A DNA stretch of 64,000 nt from the human T2T-CHM13v2.0 reference genome, Homo sapiens. This document shows positions 29,401 to 44,938 of this stretch, piece by piece. The translations under genes and the position numbers were made by a program. The notes under the pieces were generated by a model that had not been told where the DNA came from, did no database searches, and saw nothing but the letters and a program-made list of their open reading frames with translations. The stretch is from assembly GCF_009914755.1 (NCBI RefSeq), contig NC_060925.1; one strand, given 5' to 3'. Numbering within the stretch: the first letter of the stretch is position 1; each line of letters starts with the position of its first letter.

Positions 29401-30072
29401 GATACCCCTAAGGCCAGCAGGCCTGTGAAAGGCACTCGGTATCATCAAGGAAGCTCCAACCACGAGATGCCTCTACATCAGGATGGTTCAAAGAAACAAA
29501 GAAAACCAGCGATCACCACGTGACTGGCGAGGACATGGCGCTGTCTGGGCTGCCTGTCTCCTGCTGATGGATGTGGAAGCTGGCGCAGCACGAGGGAAAC
29601 CTGCTTGGCAGATCCACTAAACCTAACAACAGGTGCTGCTCCACAACCCAGCCGTTCACTACCAGGCATATCTCTAACACAACGGCCGTGCGCACCAAAA
29701 GCACACTCGCAGCAGCACTATGCAGATGAGCCAAAAACTAGAACCCATTCCAACGCCTGTTTGAATGGAGAAGCATCACAGAATCACCCGACACTGGGCT
29801 TCTCTACAGCCAGGAAAACAGAAACGCTACTGCTATAGACAGAACAGGGACCCCACAGACAAGAGGCCAGCAAAAGAAGTGGGATTCAAAACAGAACATA
29901 AAACATGATCCCACCGAAGTCCAAAAAGGGGCAAAACTGATGTACAGTGGCAGAATTCAGAAGGGTGGTTCCCTTGGGGGAGGTGAAGGACTGCGGTGAG
30001 GGAGGCCTCTGCATCCTGTTCCAGAGCCCCTTCCGGGCTGGGAGGTGGTTACGCAGGTGTGTTCACTTGGTA

Positions 30073-31690
30073 AAATTTATACCTTTTATAAAAATTAGCT
30101 CAAAATGGATCACAGACCTAAATGTAAACCACAAAACTATACAACTCCTAGGAGACGACACAGAACAAAATCTAGGTGACCTCAGAGATGGCTTTTCAGA
30201 TACAACCCATGCACAATCCATGAGAGAAATAACTAATGACCTGGACTTCACTAAAATGAAAAACTTCACTCTGCCAAACATACTGGTAAGAGAATAAAAA
30301 GACAAGCCATAGATAGGGAAAAAACATTTGCAAAATACGTATCTGATAAAGGACTTGCATCCAAAATATAAAAAGACATCTGTTCAGGTATCTGAGCAGA
30401 AATCTCAGGGAAGAAGATACACAGACAGCAAATAAGCACATGAGAAGATGCTCCACATCATAGGTCACTAGAGAACTGCAAATTACAACAACAAGACACC
30501 ACTGCACTGCCTGCTAGAGCGGCTAAAATCCAAACCACTGACAACACCAAATGCTGGTGAGGATATGGAGCAACCAGAATCCTCATTCACTGCTGGTGGG
30601 AATGCAAAATGCCCAGCCACTTTGGAAGACAGTATGGTGACTCCTAACAAAACTAAACATACTCTTACCACGTGATCCAGCAATCACACTCCTTGGTATT
30701 TACCTGTGAGTTGAAAGATTATGTACACACAACACCCTGTACACAAATGTTTCTGACAGCTTCATTCAAAATTGCCAAAAACTGTAAACAACCAAGATGC
30801 CCTTCAAGAGGTGAATGGAAAAACAGGCTGTGGCACATACGTGCAATGAAGTATCATTCAGCAATCCAATACGTGAGTGAGCGAGACACAAAAAGCCATG
30901 GAGGAACTAAATGCACAGTGCTGGGGGGAAGAAACCAGTTTTGAAAAGCTACATACTACATAATTCCAGCTGTATGACATTCTGGAAGAGGCAACATGGA
31001 AACAGTCAAAAGAACAGTAGTGCCAGGGGAGGAGGGGAGGGCTAAATAGGTGGAGCGCAGGGGAGGTGTAGGGCCATGAAGCTATTCTGTATGATCCATC
31101 ATGGTGGATCCATGATGTCATGTATTTGTCAAAAATCACAGACTGTATAATGCAGAATGAACTTTAGTGTAAACTATGAGTTTAGTTCATAATAATTTTT
31201 TAATACTGGTTCATCAATTGTAACAAATGTTACATTTGTTACATGGTGGCTCACGCCTGTCATCTCAGCACTTTGGGAGGCTGAGGCAGGAGGATCACTT
31301 GAGCCAAGGAGTTCAACACCAGCCTGGGCAACAAGGCAAAACCCCATCTCTACAAAAACTACAAAAAAAATATTAGTTGGGCATGGTGGTGCATGCCTGT
31401 GGTCCCAGCTATGTGGGGGCTAAGGTGGGAGGATTGTTTGGGCCCAGGAGGTCGAGGCTGCCATGAGCCATAATTGTGCCACTGCACTCCAGCCTGGGTG
31501 ACAGAGTAAGATCCTGTCTCAAATAAAACCCAAAAAAAAACAAAAAAGAATATGTCACACCAACGCAAAATGTTAGTAATAGGGGAAACTGTTGGGGTGG
31601 GGGGAGGTCCTACGGGAACTCTCTGTACCAGCTACTCAATTTTTCTGTAAACCTAAAACTGATCTAAAAAAATAAAATTACTAATTTTTA
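30073..31690 (+). mobile_element. L1M (L1MB/MC-class) ORF2 3' part and 3'UTR, interrupted by an Alu
   Basis: KISSKWITDLNV...TIQLL and KNCKQPRCPSRGEW remnants of ORF2. Confidence 0.85.
31243..31548 (+). mobile_element. AluJ-like element
   Basis: Dimeric Alu with ggaggatcacttgagcc and aggtcgaggctgc (J features). Confidence 0.88.
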
Positions 31691-34600
31691 AAAATAATGG
31701 AACCATGCACTGGCAATCTGTCTTTACCGTACGCATGTTACAGTTCAACAACAACAACAAATATCTTTTAAGTGAGGCTTATGAGAGGCTCAGTCCTGAA
31801 CTGATGCAACTACCAAGGCCCTAGGGAACCATGCCCGTCCAGGGAGAACCCTCCCACAAGCTGCGGCTGCTGAAGGAAGCCCAGACCTGCCCAGGCAGAG
31901 ACTCAGATATGTAAGAAATTGAAATCAGTCGGGTGGGGTTTTTTTGGACTTCAACTTAAGAATTTTGGACTGTGAATTTTAATTCATAATGACAAGAAAA
32001 ATTTGATTTTGGAGTTTCATTTCTTTGGACTTCAACTTGCAAGGAAATTTAATTTGGGGACTTTAATTCCTCTCTGGGAAATTCATCATGGAAAGGGGTT
32101 TATATTCAAGTCAGGAGCATCTCTAAGTGGTTGGCCTTTTTTATTGAATGGTCTCAACGCTATCATTTAACTTCGTTGCAGAGCCTCTGATGAGCTGTGC
32201 TGGATAAAATGACTGGATGGAATTTGGAATGGGAAACAGAGTGGGGAATGAGTCTTCAGCAGTGGGTACAGAGGAGCCTTGAGACAAATGCATTAATCTG
32301 ATCCATTTTACAGCCTTCTGGGGACATCAGTTGGACTGTCTACCAAAGGCCTCAGGAGGACTGAAAAAGGAAAGGTGGTTGGCTTAGTTGAAGTGATTCA
32401 GGAAGGTTGGAACCGCCCTGGTGGTGACCAGCCCCCTCCCCCAAAGACAAAGGCCACACCCCTGGTTGGCCATAAACGTAATGATGAAGGCCAGTGAGTT
32501 GAGAAAACCAAACCCTGGAAATGCTGTAGGAGCACAGCCTTCCCTGGCTTCACACCTCTATGCAAAGGAACTTCCTGTGGCCTCTCTCTGCCCAGCCCCC
32601 ATGCCTCTCAGGGCAAGAGCAGCTCAACTGACTGGGGATGGGGAATAGCCTAACTGAGCTAACTAACTAACTAGGCTGCTCACTCCTCCTCCCCACTCTC
32701 TTCTTTTCAGATCTGCCCACAGGAGAGAATGCAACAGTCCGAGATGTGCTTCCAGGCATGCAGAGAGGCGAGGGCTCACCCCAGGTGCAAAGCCTGCTGC
32801 TGTCTGGCCAACCTCCACCTGCATCAAAGGCCATCCACATCAGGGGCTGGCGCCAGTGGGCACAGCTGGCTCTCAGACCAACCAAGTCCTACACCCTCTT
32901 TATCATGAATAAATGCATGATAAAGAAAGTGATATTTTCATCTCCGCCATCTGCCTCTCTTGACCGACTGTGCCCATGGACAAGAAACAAGAAGCATGCC
33001 CTGTTGTACCTGGTGACCCTGGTGCCCAACTGTTTGGTTGACCCGTTCTATTGTTTTGTCTTCTAAGCATTTACACTTATCAAATTTTTTTCCTTCTACT
33101 TTTACTGGGTTTGTTCTGTCTTTCTCCCCAAAACTTCTTAAGTTGAACAATTAAAACAATATCTTAAAGAGTACCTTTCTTCTTCACCAACATAGGCATT
33201 TAAAACTGTAAATTCCCCTGTAATTACAATTTTACTTGCATCTCCTAAGTTTTGATATGCAATATTATTTTGTCATTCAGTTTTAAATAATTACGCATTT
33301 CTATTTTGAGGTCTTCATTGACTCATGGAATAATTAGAAGCACATTTTAAAATTAAAAAAATAAAAGCAGTTCAGAGTGGTTGTAGGGGAGGGAGTGACT
33401 GACTTCTGATCTTGTGGCATTATGGCCAGAGAAAGTTATAAAATTAGATTTGATACCGATTCTCTCAGTATAGGGTGATGCCTGCTTGGTGAGCTAAAAA
33501 ATATATATGAATGATGATCAGTTTTTCTAAGTTTCAAAGTATGCTTTAAAATAATGCATATTCTCTAAACGGGATGTACAGGTTTTCTCAGATCACCTTT
33601 TTAAACTGTATTTTATAATATCCTTATTAACTTGTTTCTGTTTGATCAATCTACTGAGAAGTATGTCTAGAACTCCCATGATTGTGGAGGTTTGCCAATT
33701 TCTCCTTATAAGTCCATCAAGTTCTCCTCTCTATCTTGAGGCTACGTATGTTAGAAGATCGCGGATTCAGAACTGTTTCTTTTCCTAGTGAATTACTTTC
33801 TTGGTTATTGTTTACCAGCCTCCTTGATCCCTAGCGCTGCATTTGCTTTGTGTCTCTGCTGTCAGGTGCCACTGTTAGGCTACTTCATTTGAGGTCAGCA
33901 TTTTAACATCACTTTTCCCATCTGCCACTTTCTACCTCGAGAGGCGGCAGTGTTTCAGACCCCAGCTGGGTCCCTTATGAGCTGAGTCACTGACCAAGAT
34001 GGGGAAACTGACCATCAATAAAAATATCAACATGTCAGGTGTGTTTCTATTCAATGTAGCTTCAATCTATTCGTTTACAATGATACCCGAAGAACAAAAA
34101 AGTCATTAGTCCCCATCCTTGAAGGATGCCAGGGAATCATGTAATTACTTCAGAAATTGGCAAATAAAGGGAAGAATCAAGTATTATCCAGCCTTTCCTA
34201 TACAAACTGCACCTCAAGGTAAGCAAAAAGTTGATGCCAGGAAGTTTCTGGTTTTGGAAGCATCCCAGCTAACAAACAAGGGAGGTGTTCTAGAAGCAGA
34301 ACGTCACCTCTGCACAAATGACACAGCGGTGGGCACAATGGCTGCTGACGCAACACAAAGAGAAGCAAGCAGACGCCAAGGGCGCAGCGGAGGTGCAGGA
34401 GGTGGCGCAAACGTCACCTGCTACAAAGAACTCTTGCCAAAAACAAAAAAAAGCATCTAATCATGCATCTAGATCTAACTCCCAATTTACAGCTAAAGAG
34501 GGGACAGAACAACACCTTTATGTTACCACCAGGATACAAAAACAGAATCCAGACTGTGGGGTGGACGCTCTACAGTACAATGTGGCTTCTTCAATAAATA

Positions 34601-35061
34601 CATAAAAAAGAAACAACAGAGACAGGTACGGTGGCAGCAACTGCAGACAGAGACTGAAGAGTCACACTGCTCCATGACCAGTATGGACCTTATTTCTGGA
34701 CAAACTTAAAAAAATGTTATGAGGTTACTAGCAAAATTTTAACATTGGCTAGATATTTGATGATATTAGGAGTTATTATTTTAGATGGGCTATACCCCTT
34801 AAGTTTATGTTTTTCAAATGAGAATTCCTAATTTTTTAGATATACATAAGGAAATATTCATACATGAAATTATATAATGTCTGGGATTTGCTTCAAAATA
34901 ACCCTGGCTTGGGGGAGGACGCTGGGTTGGGAGGCAGCTGAGAGCTGCTGGGGCTAAGTGTTTGCTGCACTGGTCACCGTATGATTCTAATGTTGCATAT
35001 GTTTTAAACTTTTCATAGTACCACTTATTTAATAACACTGACAATTTACACACACAACTCA

Positions 35062-35313
<252 letters not shown>

Positions 35314-35776
35314 TTAACTGAGTATCCATGGCACAGAACCTGAGGGGTCTAATGTGTGTTTGCATAGGGGATGGTCCAGGCACCTTAGTCGCTGGGGAAC
35401 AGTAAAGAGGCTGCCGCGGTCACCAATGCAACCGCTTTGCTGTGCTCTCAGCAAGCCGGCCAGACAGCAGCATTCTCGAGTGTAAGGACACTCCCGGCTA
35501 GAGAAGCTGCCTTTGGAGCTACACTAAGATCTAAGACCTGGACAACCCACCGTCCACATTTTAATGAAGGACCACAAAAGATGGGGTAAAGCAGCTTTCA
35601 CAGCATTTAGCATGCTGTGGGTGGGTCCTAGCCAAGAGAAGATAAAAACAGATGGCACTCCCGAATCTACTAAGACCTCAGCACAGACAGTTCTGCCAGG
35701 TCAGAACCTCAGCGAAGTTTCTCTTCAACACAGGAAATGTGAAAGCCAGATGAGTAACAGAATATTCAAGGATTTA

Positions 35777-36049
<273 letters not shown>

Positions 36050-36116
36050 TCACAAGGTCCAACAGTCTGACGGCACAGCACGTGACTGGTTCCATCCCAC
36101 CCAGACCCACACCTCA

Positions 36117-36350
<234 letters not shown>

Positions 36351-36371
36351 TCATCGATTAATTGCCTCTGG

Positions 36372-36553
36372 AGGGTTGCCAGCTCTAGCAAATACAAAAG
36401 GTTCAATTACACTTGAATTTCAGGTAAACAACAAATGATTTTAGTATAAGTATGGTCCCTACGATATTTGGGATATACTTACACTAAAAAATTATTTGTT
36501 GTGTACCTGAGGTTCAAATTTAACTGGGCATCCTATATTTCACGCGGCAATCC
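36372..36553. mobile_element. MER53 palindromic MITE
   Basis: agggttgcca...ggcaatcc termini; internal arms are reverse complements of each other. Confidence 0.82.
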
Positions 36554-37513
36554 AATGTGTGAGTTGAGAAGCGGTGAGGAGGGAATCCTAATTTTATGAG
36601 CAGGTCAGGACCGTGGGAGATACCTGACACCTGAGATGGTAAATTCATATCAAAGCATGTTTATAGAACAGAAAGATGAAGCTTCCTCAATACTCCAAGA
36701 TAAACTGTGGCACCGAGCCCCTGGCTGGCGTGTTTGGACAGTCTCTTGTCCCCACAGCCCCTGAAACTTCTTGTCATTCACTCGTATTCCACCTCCACTC
36801 CCCTCCAAGGCCGAGGCAGGCCTCTCAGAGAGGAGCTGGCTTGGGAGTTGGGAATGTGCTCTCTCAAGCTTCATTCCCAAGCTTTCTGTTTCAGCCCAGA
36901 GGAAACCAGGTCACCCTCACACCATGTCTCATGCGCCAATAATAAAAAGCTAGGCAAGCTCTTCACAAACACATGAGCCCCAGAGATGCTTTAGATAAAG
37001 CAGCAGAGACTCATGGTGCTAGGAGTGTTTTCAAACAAGGAATTAAAAGAAACTATTTTTCCTCAACATAATTCCAGTTAAGACCAAAGATGCAGTTTGC
37101 AGGTGAACCAGTCGACTTTGGAAACCAAACTCCATAGGAATTCCCCAAGGCCAGTGGCAATGCCAGTCTTAGCCAGGAGCACACCCTGAAGCCAGGATGG
37201 CGGGCTCCACTCACCTCCTTTAGCTGCTGATAGCAAGGAGGGTCCTGGGGTGCTGGGTGCCTGTCTCAGCCTGTCTATAGATATAGCCACACCTTCCTTT
37301 TACTTTCACGTAGAGACCTAGGGGTAGCTTAACTTTGTTTTCATGGGTAGAGCACAATCTGAGTCAAGCGCTGTGGTATGAAGAACTCATGGGCCACATT
37401 CTTCTTTGGTCTCCAAGACAGAATGGTGACAACTGTCTGAGGCCTCAGAGTAAGCAATGCCCCACTCCCACCCACATCCCAGGTAACCCTCCAAGGTCTC
37501 TGCCACCTAACTA

Positions 37514-37738
<225 letters not shown>

Positions 37739-38224
37739 TCAGAAGCTTGCCAGTCCGTCCACAAAGCTCCCAACATGCACTGGCCACACCGGGGAACGGG
37801 GTAGCCCTGGATCCAGCCACGGAAGGGAGTGATGCCTGCAGCCTCCTGGCCAGGGCAGCTCTGGAACCTGGGACCGCTTCTCAAGTTCCTTTATTTAATG
37901 ACAGAGAGGTGATTCCATGATCTCCCCCAGATCATAATATCTGAATAAGAATATTATTAACAAGGAAAACAAGCAAGAAAGGAGAAAGCATCTCAAGCTA
38001 CAGGGGCGGCCTGGCCTCTGCCTCTCTGTCCCTTGCCAGCACTGGACTGAGCACCTCCAAGGCCCTGCCAGTTCTAGCCGCCTGCGTTCCTATCGAACAA
38101 ACCTCCCTGTTAAGGCAATGACCATCTTGATGGCCAGCGCGGGCTCTGGAGACAGCTGTGGATAGAGTGCCCGTGCCAACGTGGCATTACCGTGGAGTGC
38201 CCGCACCAATGTGGCATTACTGTG

Positions 38225-38390
38225 TAGCCTCAGGCAAGTCAGCTAACCTCTTTTTGCCTCAGTCTCCTCACCTGTAAAATGGGGGTAATAATAGTACCTA
38301 AACTGCAGGACTGTTAGGAGAATTAAATGACAATCCTGGCTAGGGTTTGGCATAGTACCTGGCACACGGTGAGCCTTCTATAAATACTGC
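38225..38390 (+). mobile_element. MIR
   Basis: ggcaagtcagctaacctc...gcctcagtctcctcacctgtaaaatgggggtaataatagtacct. Confidence 0.8.
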
Positions 38391-39637
38391 AGATATTTGG
38401 AAATGAGTGCGGCTTAAAACACTGATGCGGAGGGCTGGGGGCCCACGCACTACTGAAGACACAGATCTCAAACCCGGACTCTAACTCCAGTACACACAGC
38501 CAGCACCTGAGACATTCACTGTCAGCAATGATGGCTGGCCCACACCAGGTGCTGGCAGAGAGGCCCCAATGTATGAAGAGGCACTGAGGAATGAATGGGG
38601 GGCGGGGTGCATGAAGCATCCCCAGGGTACCCTGGCAGCATCTTCAGGGAGCAGAGGAGATCTTTGGGGCCTACCCAGCTTCCCTCAGACCCTATACGGT
38701 ATCGTGACCACTCGGGGTCACGTGGAAACTGCTCCAGGGAAAATGCCAGGTTGGGCCAGCAGGGAAGCCTGGGAGGCCGTCCACAGACTTGCGCCTTTAG
38801 GTGAATCCAGTATTCTTCACTCCTGATCCAGTTTCCCACTGCAGATGACACACTAAAGCTGCTTCCTTGGAGACAGCCATGGATACTGAATTAGTCAACT
38901 TTTCTAGAAAGTCAATTTCCAGGATGATGCTGGCAGACAAAGTCATCAGCAGGAACAAGCCACATCTGACCTCACTGCAAATCACATAGCTAAGGCCAGC
39001 CTTGGAGCCACAGGTGAGCGCCACGGGTGTCTCGGGACTCCAGAACGGCAGCCAAGCAGGAGCTCAGCTCAGACCGCTGGCGGGCAACGGCCCAGCGGGA
39101 AGGCGCCTCTCCTCCCACTCAGGAAGTTCCAGCGCCACGGGGATCTGTGCGGTCGGACGTGCAACTGCCAGCAGCTTGTGGTTCTCAGCAGTGCCACTGT
39201 CTCCACCAGCATCGGCTGCTTGGCCGACAGGGCCAGGGGACACCAATAGCTGCCAGGCACCGCTACTGGTGGAGTTAGTCTGGGAGAGCAAAGAGGGTGA
39301 GGACCACACCTCGATGTCTCTCAGAAAAAGCAAAGGCCGTCCAGTCCTGAGAGTTGCCACCATGAGATGCAGCTGCCAGGGAGATGTGGAGACGCCCCAT
39401 ACAGCAGCATAGGGGTTGCAAGCAGCAGCCCCACTAAAAGCCCGCACTGGGAGTCAGAACATCAGGGACAGGCTGCACAGACAGGGTAGGAGGGGACAGC
39501 CCCGCCGCCGCCAGCAGGCCCTCCCCAGCCACGCAGAAGCACGCAGGGATCCACTGTGCTTAAGGGGGGACAGAGGGTTTTCTTGCAAGTAATTGACTCT
39601 GGAATTCTGAAGGAGGCCGTGGGGGGCCTGGACTTAC

Positions 39638-39699
39638 CCCTGGTCCCACAGGTGAGTTCTGCGGGGCAGCGAGAACTCGAGGTACTGGCGCTGGCGGGC
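39638..39699 (-). CDS. NPHP4: NPHP4 exon 12 (62 nt)
   Basis: cccag|GCCCG...AGGG|gtaagt; (S)PPAPVPRVLAAPQNSPVGPG; phase fits both neighbours. Confidence 0.93.
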
Positions 39700-42600
39700 C
39701 TGGGAGGAAGCACAGTGGGGTAGGAGAGGGAATGTGTCAGCCTGTGTTGGGGGCAGTGGGCCCCTGAACCCCCACGCAGTCAGGTCTCCACAGGCCTCAC
39801 CACCTTGTCTGTAACAGGGGCAGCCGCTGGTTACCGTTCAGGGGCAACAGCAGCAAGGGTGCCACCCAAAAGTGTCGCTGTCTATCTAGAGCCCTGGCAT
39901 GCACCAGCAGCCAGGAGAGGGGGTACAGCTGGCCTCGTCCTCACTGTTCTTCCTGGGCCAGCAGGTCTCACAGCTTGGGGTGCTTGGAGCTCCCTAACAC
40001 GCTTCTCCTCACTAGTCATCTTTGCATCTTCCCTGCCCGGAAGAGCTGGGGTCTGAGGTTGCCCCAGTCTTGCAGCTCCCTGACTCCGGCTGTTTTGTTA
40101 ACCGAGAAGCTCCTGAGCAGACACTGCCAACCTGGCTTGCGGCCTCACGAACACCCACTAAGCACAAGCTGTCCGCCAGGTCCTGCTGAGGATTCTCCAT
40201 GCAGGCCCGGTAACACTGGGAGGCGCACCTGGGGGAGGCAAGGCCAGCCCTTCATGGGGTCCCCCTGGAGCCAGGGACTGAGAACTGCCTTGGCCCTTTA
40301 TAAGGCCACAGCTGCCTCCCAAGCATCCAGGGGCTGCCTAAAGAGCCAGCAGCCTCCTCCCAGGGCCACCTGTACCTGCCCAGCCCCGCCTCAGCCCAGC
40401 TGGCATTTGTGCTGCTTCTGCAACCCCTCCCCAGGCCACATGGACACCTCATGGCCCAGCAGACCCAGGGCTCTCAGCCCCTGCACCTCAGCAGGAGGAA
40501 GCCCCAGCATCGCTGGAGTCTCTGAAACCCACCAGGCTCCTGCCACAGCGGTGCTGGAGCGTCCATAGCCACTCGTCTCTTACGGTCATTTCACATACAC
40601 TGCCATTTGCCTTTGCCCACCATGAAACCACCAAGCCAGACCCCAAGCCCATCCTGACGGGGCCACCTCTGCCCACTCAGAGGCCAGGGTAGGAGCCCTG
40701 CACACTGAGTCATCTGCCTGGCTTCCCTGAGGCCCACAGCCCAGTCTCCAGCCCATGTCCTGTCCCCACCTGGCTCATGACAGCCTCCTTCACGGTGACA
40801 GGACTCTCCACTGCAGCAGACACTACCACTCCCCATCGGACTTCCAGGATAACCCAGACCTCCGGAGAAATCAGGCTTCCCCCATGGCCCTGTCCCACCT
40901 CCCGTCACCCCCATGTGGCCCACATCTTGGGCCCAGCAGCTCGCCTTCCCTCCCTCTCCTGTGGCCTCTGCTGCCATGAAGGTTGGGCAAACGAATCTCC
41001 TATATGTCCTGGTATCCTGAATTCCTATGGCACAGAGCACAGGCCGGCACTTACGGGACCTACGGACCAAGCACACAGCACAGAGGCCTGTGACGTCAAA
41101 CGCTGGGCACTCTGGATAGAGACTGCTCAGCCACTTCGTGTTCCGCTCTGAATCCCAAAAAAACAAAAACAACAAGGAAAATGCTGTCGACCAAGGAGAA
41201 ACCAAATCCAGAAAGTGCCGCCCTAACACCAGAGCTGCACGACCATCGGAGCCAATCCCCGCCGTGCCTCTCCCAGCAGCTTCCAGAACCCATCCAAGGA
41301 GGTGCTTCCCCAGCTGCAGGATCTGGTGGAAACCCTGCTAAGGGCCTGTGGATGGGTGGAAGGCATTGGGGCAAGGCCAGAGGGAGCCCCCAACCCTCAG
41401 AGGATCCAACTGCCCAGCCTGGCGGGCACAGCTCCCAGTCCAACTACCTCCTGGGCAGCGCCCATTTGGCCCGCGCAGCTCCTCTGTAACCAGCCACAGT
41501 AACGTGGCTCCAAGGAGCACAAAGACTCTGGTCAGAGGAACCTGCCCTTCTATAAATGAGCTCACGTGCTCGGAGGGAGTTAGCAAATGATCTAGCAAGC
41601 TCTGCTTCCCCAGGAAAATATCATCTCACTAAAAGCAAAATGCAGATGAGGATTCTGCAGGGGCCCAGCTGTCCTCAAAGCCGATGCCTCTCCCCAGATT
41701 CCCTGAGTGCCTCTTACAGTCCATTTCAGAGCTCCGTACGGCAAACCCCTGCCCACCTCCTCCCAGAAAAAGCCTGAAAGATGACACAGCAGAGTGGTAA
41801 GTGAAGCTCCACGCCGTTCCTCCGTAAATGGGAACTCGGAAAACTCCGCAGGCTGATTTTGATAATGAGGACAAATTGCCGGAAATGGCTCCATTATCTT
41901 CAGCAGAGACAGCGGGCACTCGGGGGCCAGCCCTCCGTGCCTGTGTGCGTCCTCTTGGGGAGGAAAAGCTGGATGAAAAGTTAAACCTTCCAAGCACATC
42001 TGAACTTCTCGCATGCATTTTATTTCCCCATCGTCTCAAATTTGCATACAGTGTGGAAAGTTTTTTCAAGTAACTCTTTATATCATGACTTATGCAATTT
42101 TTTCTTCCAAGAGAGTAAACCTACCTACAAGGCCATTTAAAAAGGCCATTAAAGGTGGCCATTTAAAAAGATACCTGGTGGGAAGCCCAGACCCCCAGGG
42201 CCCAAAACTCAGATCCAACCGGTGAAGCAGAGCAGGAAGAGACACACCAAGGCCACGAAATAACTCAGTTTCGAATCTCTTTGTTTTAATGTTCGATGTG
42301 GTTATGGGTTAAGGTGCTTCCCAAACTATACTCATAGTCCTGCCCAGAGGACAGCGCGGCCGCCAGGGAGCACCCGCTGTACTCCAGGCCCCAGGAGTCT
42401 TCCAAAAACCACGGTGGAGTCTGGGAAGCCTGACTTCCGCCACATAACAGGACTTGGCTGACAAGCACCTGGGCCAGCAACTGAACCGGGAGCAGCATGC
42501 GTGTGCACAGGACACAGGTAGGAGCAGCTGCGGTGAGCAGACAGACGAGCACAAGGCTGTCTGGGGCAGCGCTGCGACAACAGCAAAACATTAGACACAA

Positions 42601-42742
42601 TCCTGGTGCTCCTGCAAATGGAAGCTACCTCAGCAGAACCCGGCAGATCCTGCGTGGGGCAGGGGAGCAATGGGATGGGAGGAGACCAGCCGGTGTGTGC
42701 AGAACTGGGAAGGCAGCCGCGGCAAGTTAAAAAGTGACGATA

Positions 42743-43060
<318 letters not shown>

Positions 43061-43425
43061 ATGAAAGAAACCCACAGTGTATACGGGTGTGCTGGCAAAC
43101 TCGTGGTAACCACACCCATGAGACATGCTAGGAAACGCGTATTCCTACATTGCCCATAAAACTTAAAGTAAATTAAATGTTAGTTTAACAGTCATTATAA
43201 GACACACCTGTAGGTCCCTGATGGAGCCTGAAGTAGTAACACAGTCAGCACAGAATGGAAAGCTGAGACCTCCACGGCAAGCAGCATGACCAGGTGCCTC
43301 TCCCAACACGGAGCCCCTCCGTTCTCACCCCTGCGGCAGAGGCCTGGGCTCCCTCACTGGGAGGGGAATCAGCGTCTGGCTGAGCCACCACAGGACCCTG
43401 GTTTCAGGGAAATAACCTGGCGTTA

Positions 43426-43657
<232 letters not shown>

Positions 43658-44623
43658 GCACAGAGACTCAGCTCTTCCACGGCTGCTCCAAGAAGCTCGT
43701 GGCCAGCGGGGCCCTGAGATGGGGTTGCCAGCACACACCTCTGGCCCAGAGCCAGATCTGAGAAGAGCAGGAAGAGACTAAGTCACTGGTTTCCCAGGAC
43801 ACCAGAACCAACTGTGATCCAGAAATGGTCCACATGGATTGCTAGAGACAAAGAAAAACTTAGACTTCCCACCACGGCAGGTTTCTCCACCTCTCTGAAG
43901 ATTCCTTTTCCCTGACGCTCTATCACTCTCCAATCAGTCTCCACTTGCTGAAAACCACAGTCAACAAAATCTCAAATGTCTACTTTTCTGTCAATTTAGC
44001 TTCAAGAAACTCAAAAGCCCTGCACTCAACTACAGCACAGGCCTCAGGAGGCAAGGCAGGGCCTGCACTCTGATCCCAACCCCGGGAGGCCACGCATCCC
44101 ACCTGGTCACTGCCAACGTCTTCACACTGCCTCTGCACTCGCCTGGAGGGGGCCCTGCAAGAGGATGCAACCCACACACATTCCACACGCAAGAGAGACA
44201 GGCATGCCCTCAAGCCCATGGCTCTCAGCACTGTGGGTGAGTTGAACTGCAGAAGTTGTACAGTGAACAAATAATGCTCAAATATACTCACAGGGACAAT
44301 ATTCCCCAGAATTCCTCCTTCCTCCACCCCGAAGGAGATCATTCTATACATAACGCAGAGAACAGAAAAGAACATTGTTACCCAGAGTAATAATACCACT
44401 AACATCACAGCCCAGAACAGAGGAAGGAGCTCTCCAGCCAACCCCATGGCCGCCAGGCACGCAGCTCCCCGCAAAGTAAGTACACTGGGCTTCGCTTCTT
44501 CATCACGCACGCGGGCCAGGACATGAACAGGGATAGGGCTGGGGCAGGAGGCGGCCTCCCCACCAACAACCCTCTCTCACTTCCAGCGTCACCTCACCAG
44601 ACAGATTAAAAGTACTGACTACC

Positions 44624-44938
<315 letters not shown>

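Noticed and set aside
38165-38224. 30-bp tandem duplication (and a similar one near 46063-46125)
   Set aside because: Ordinary two-copy slippage duplications with no further signal
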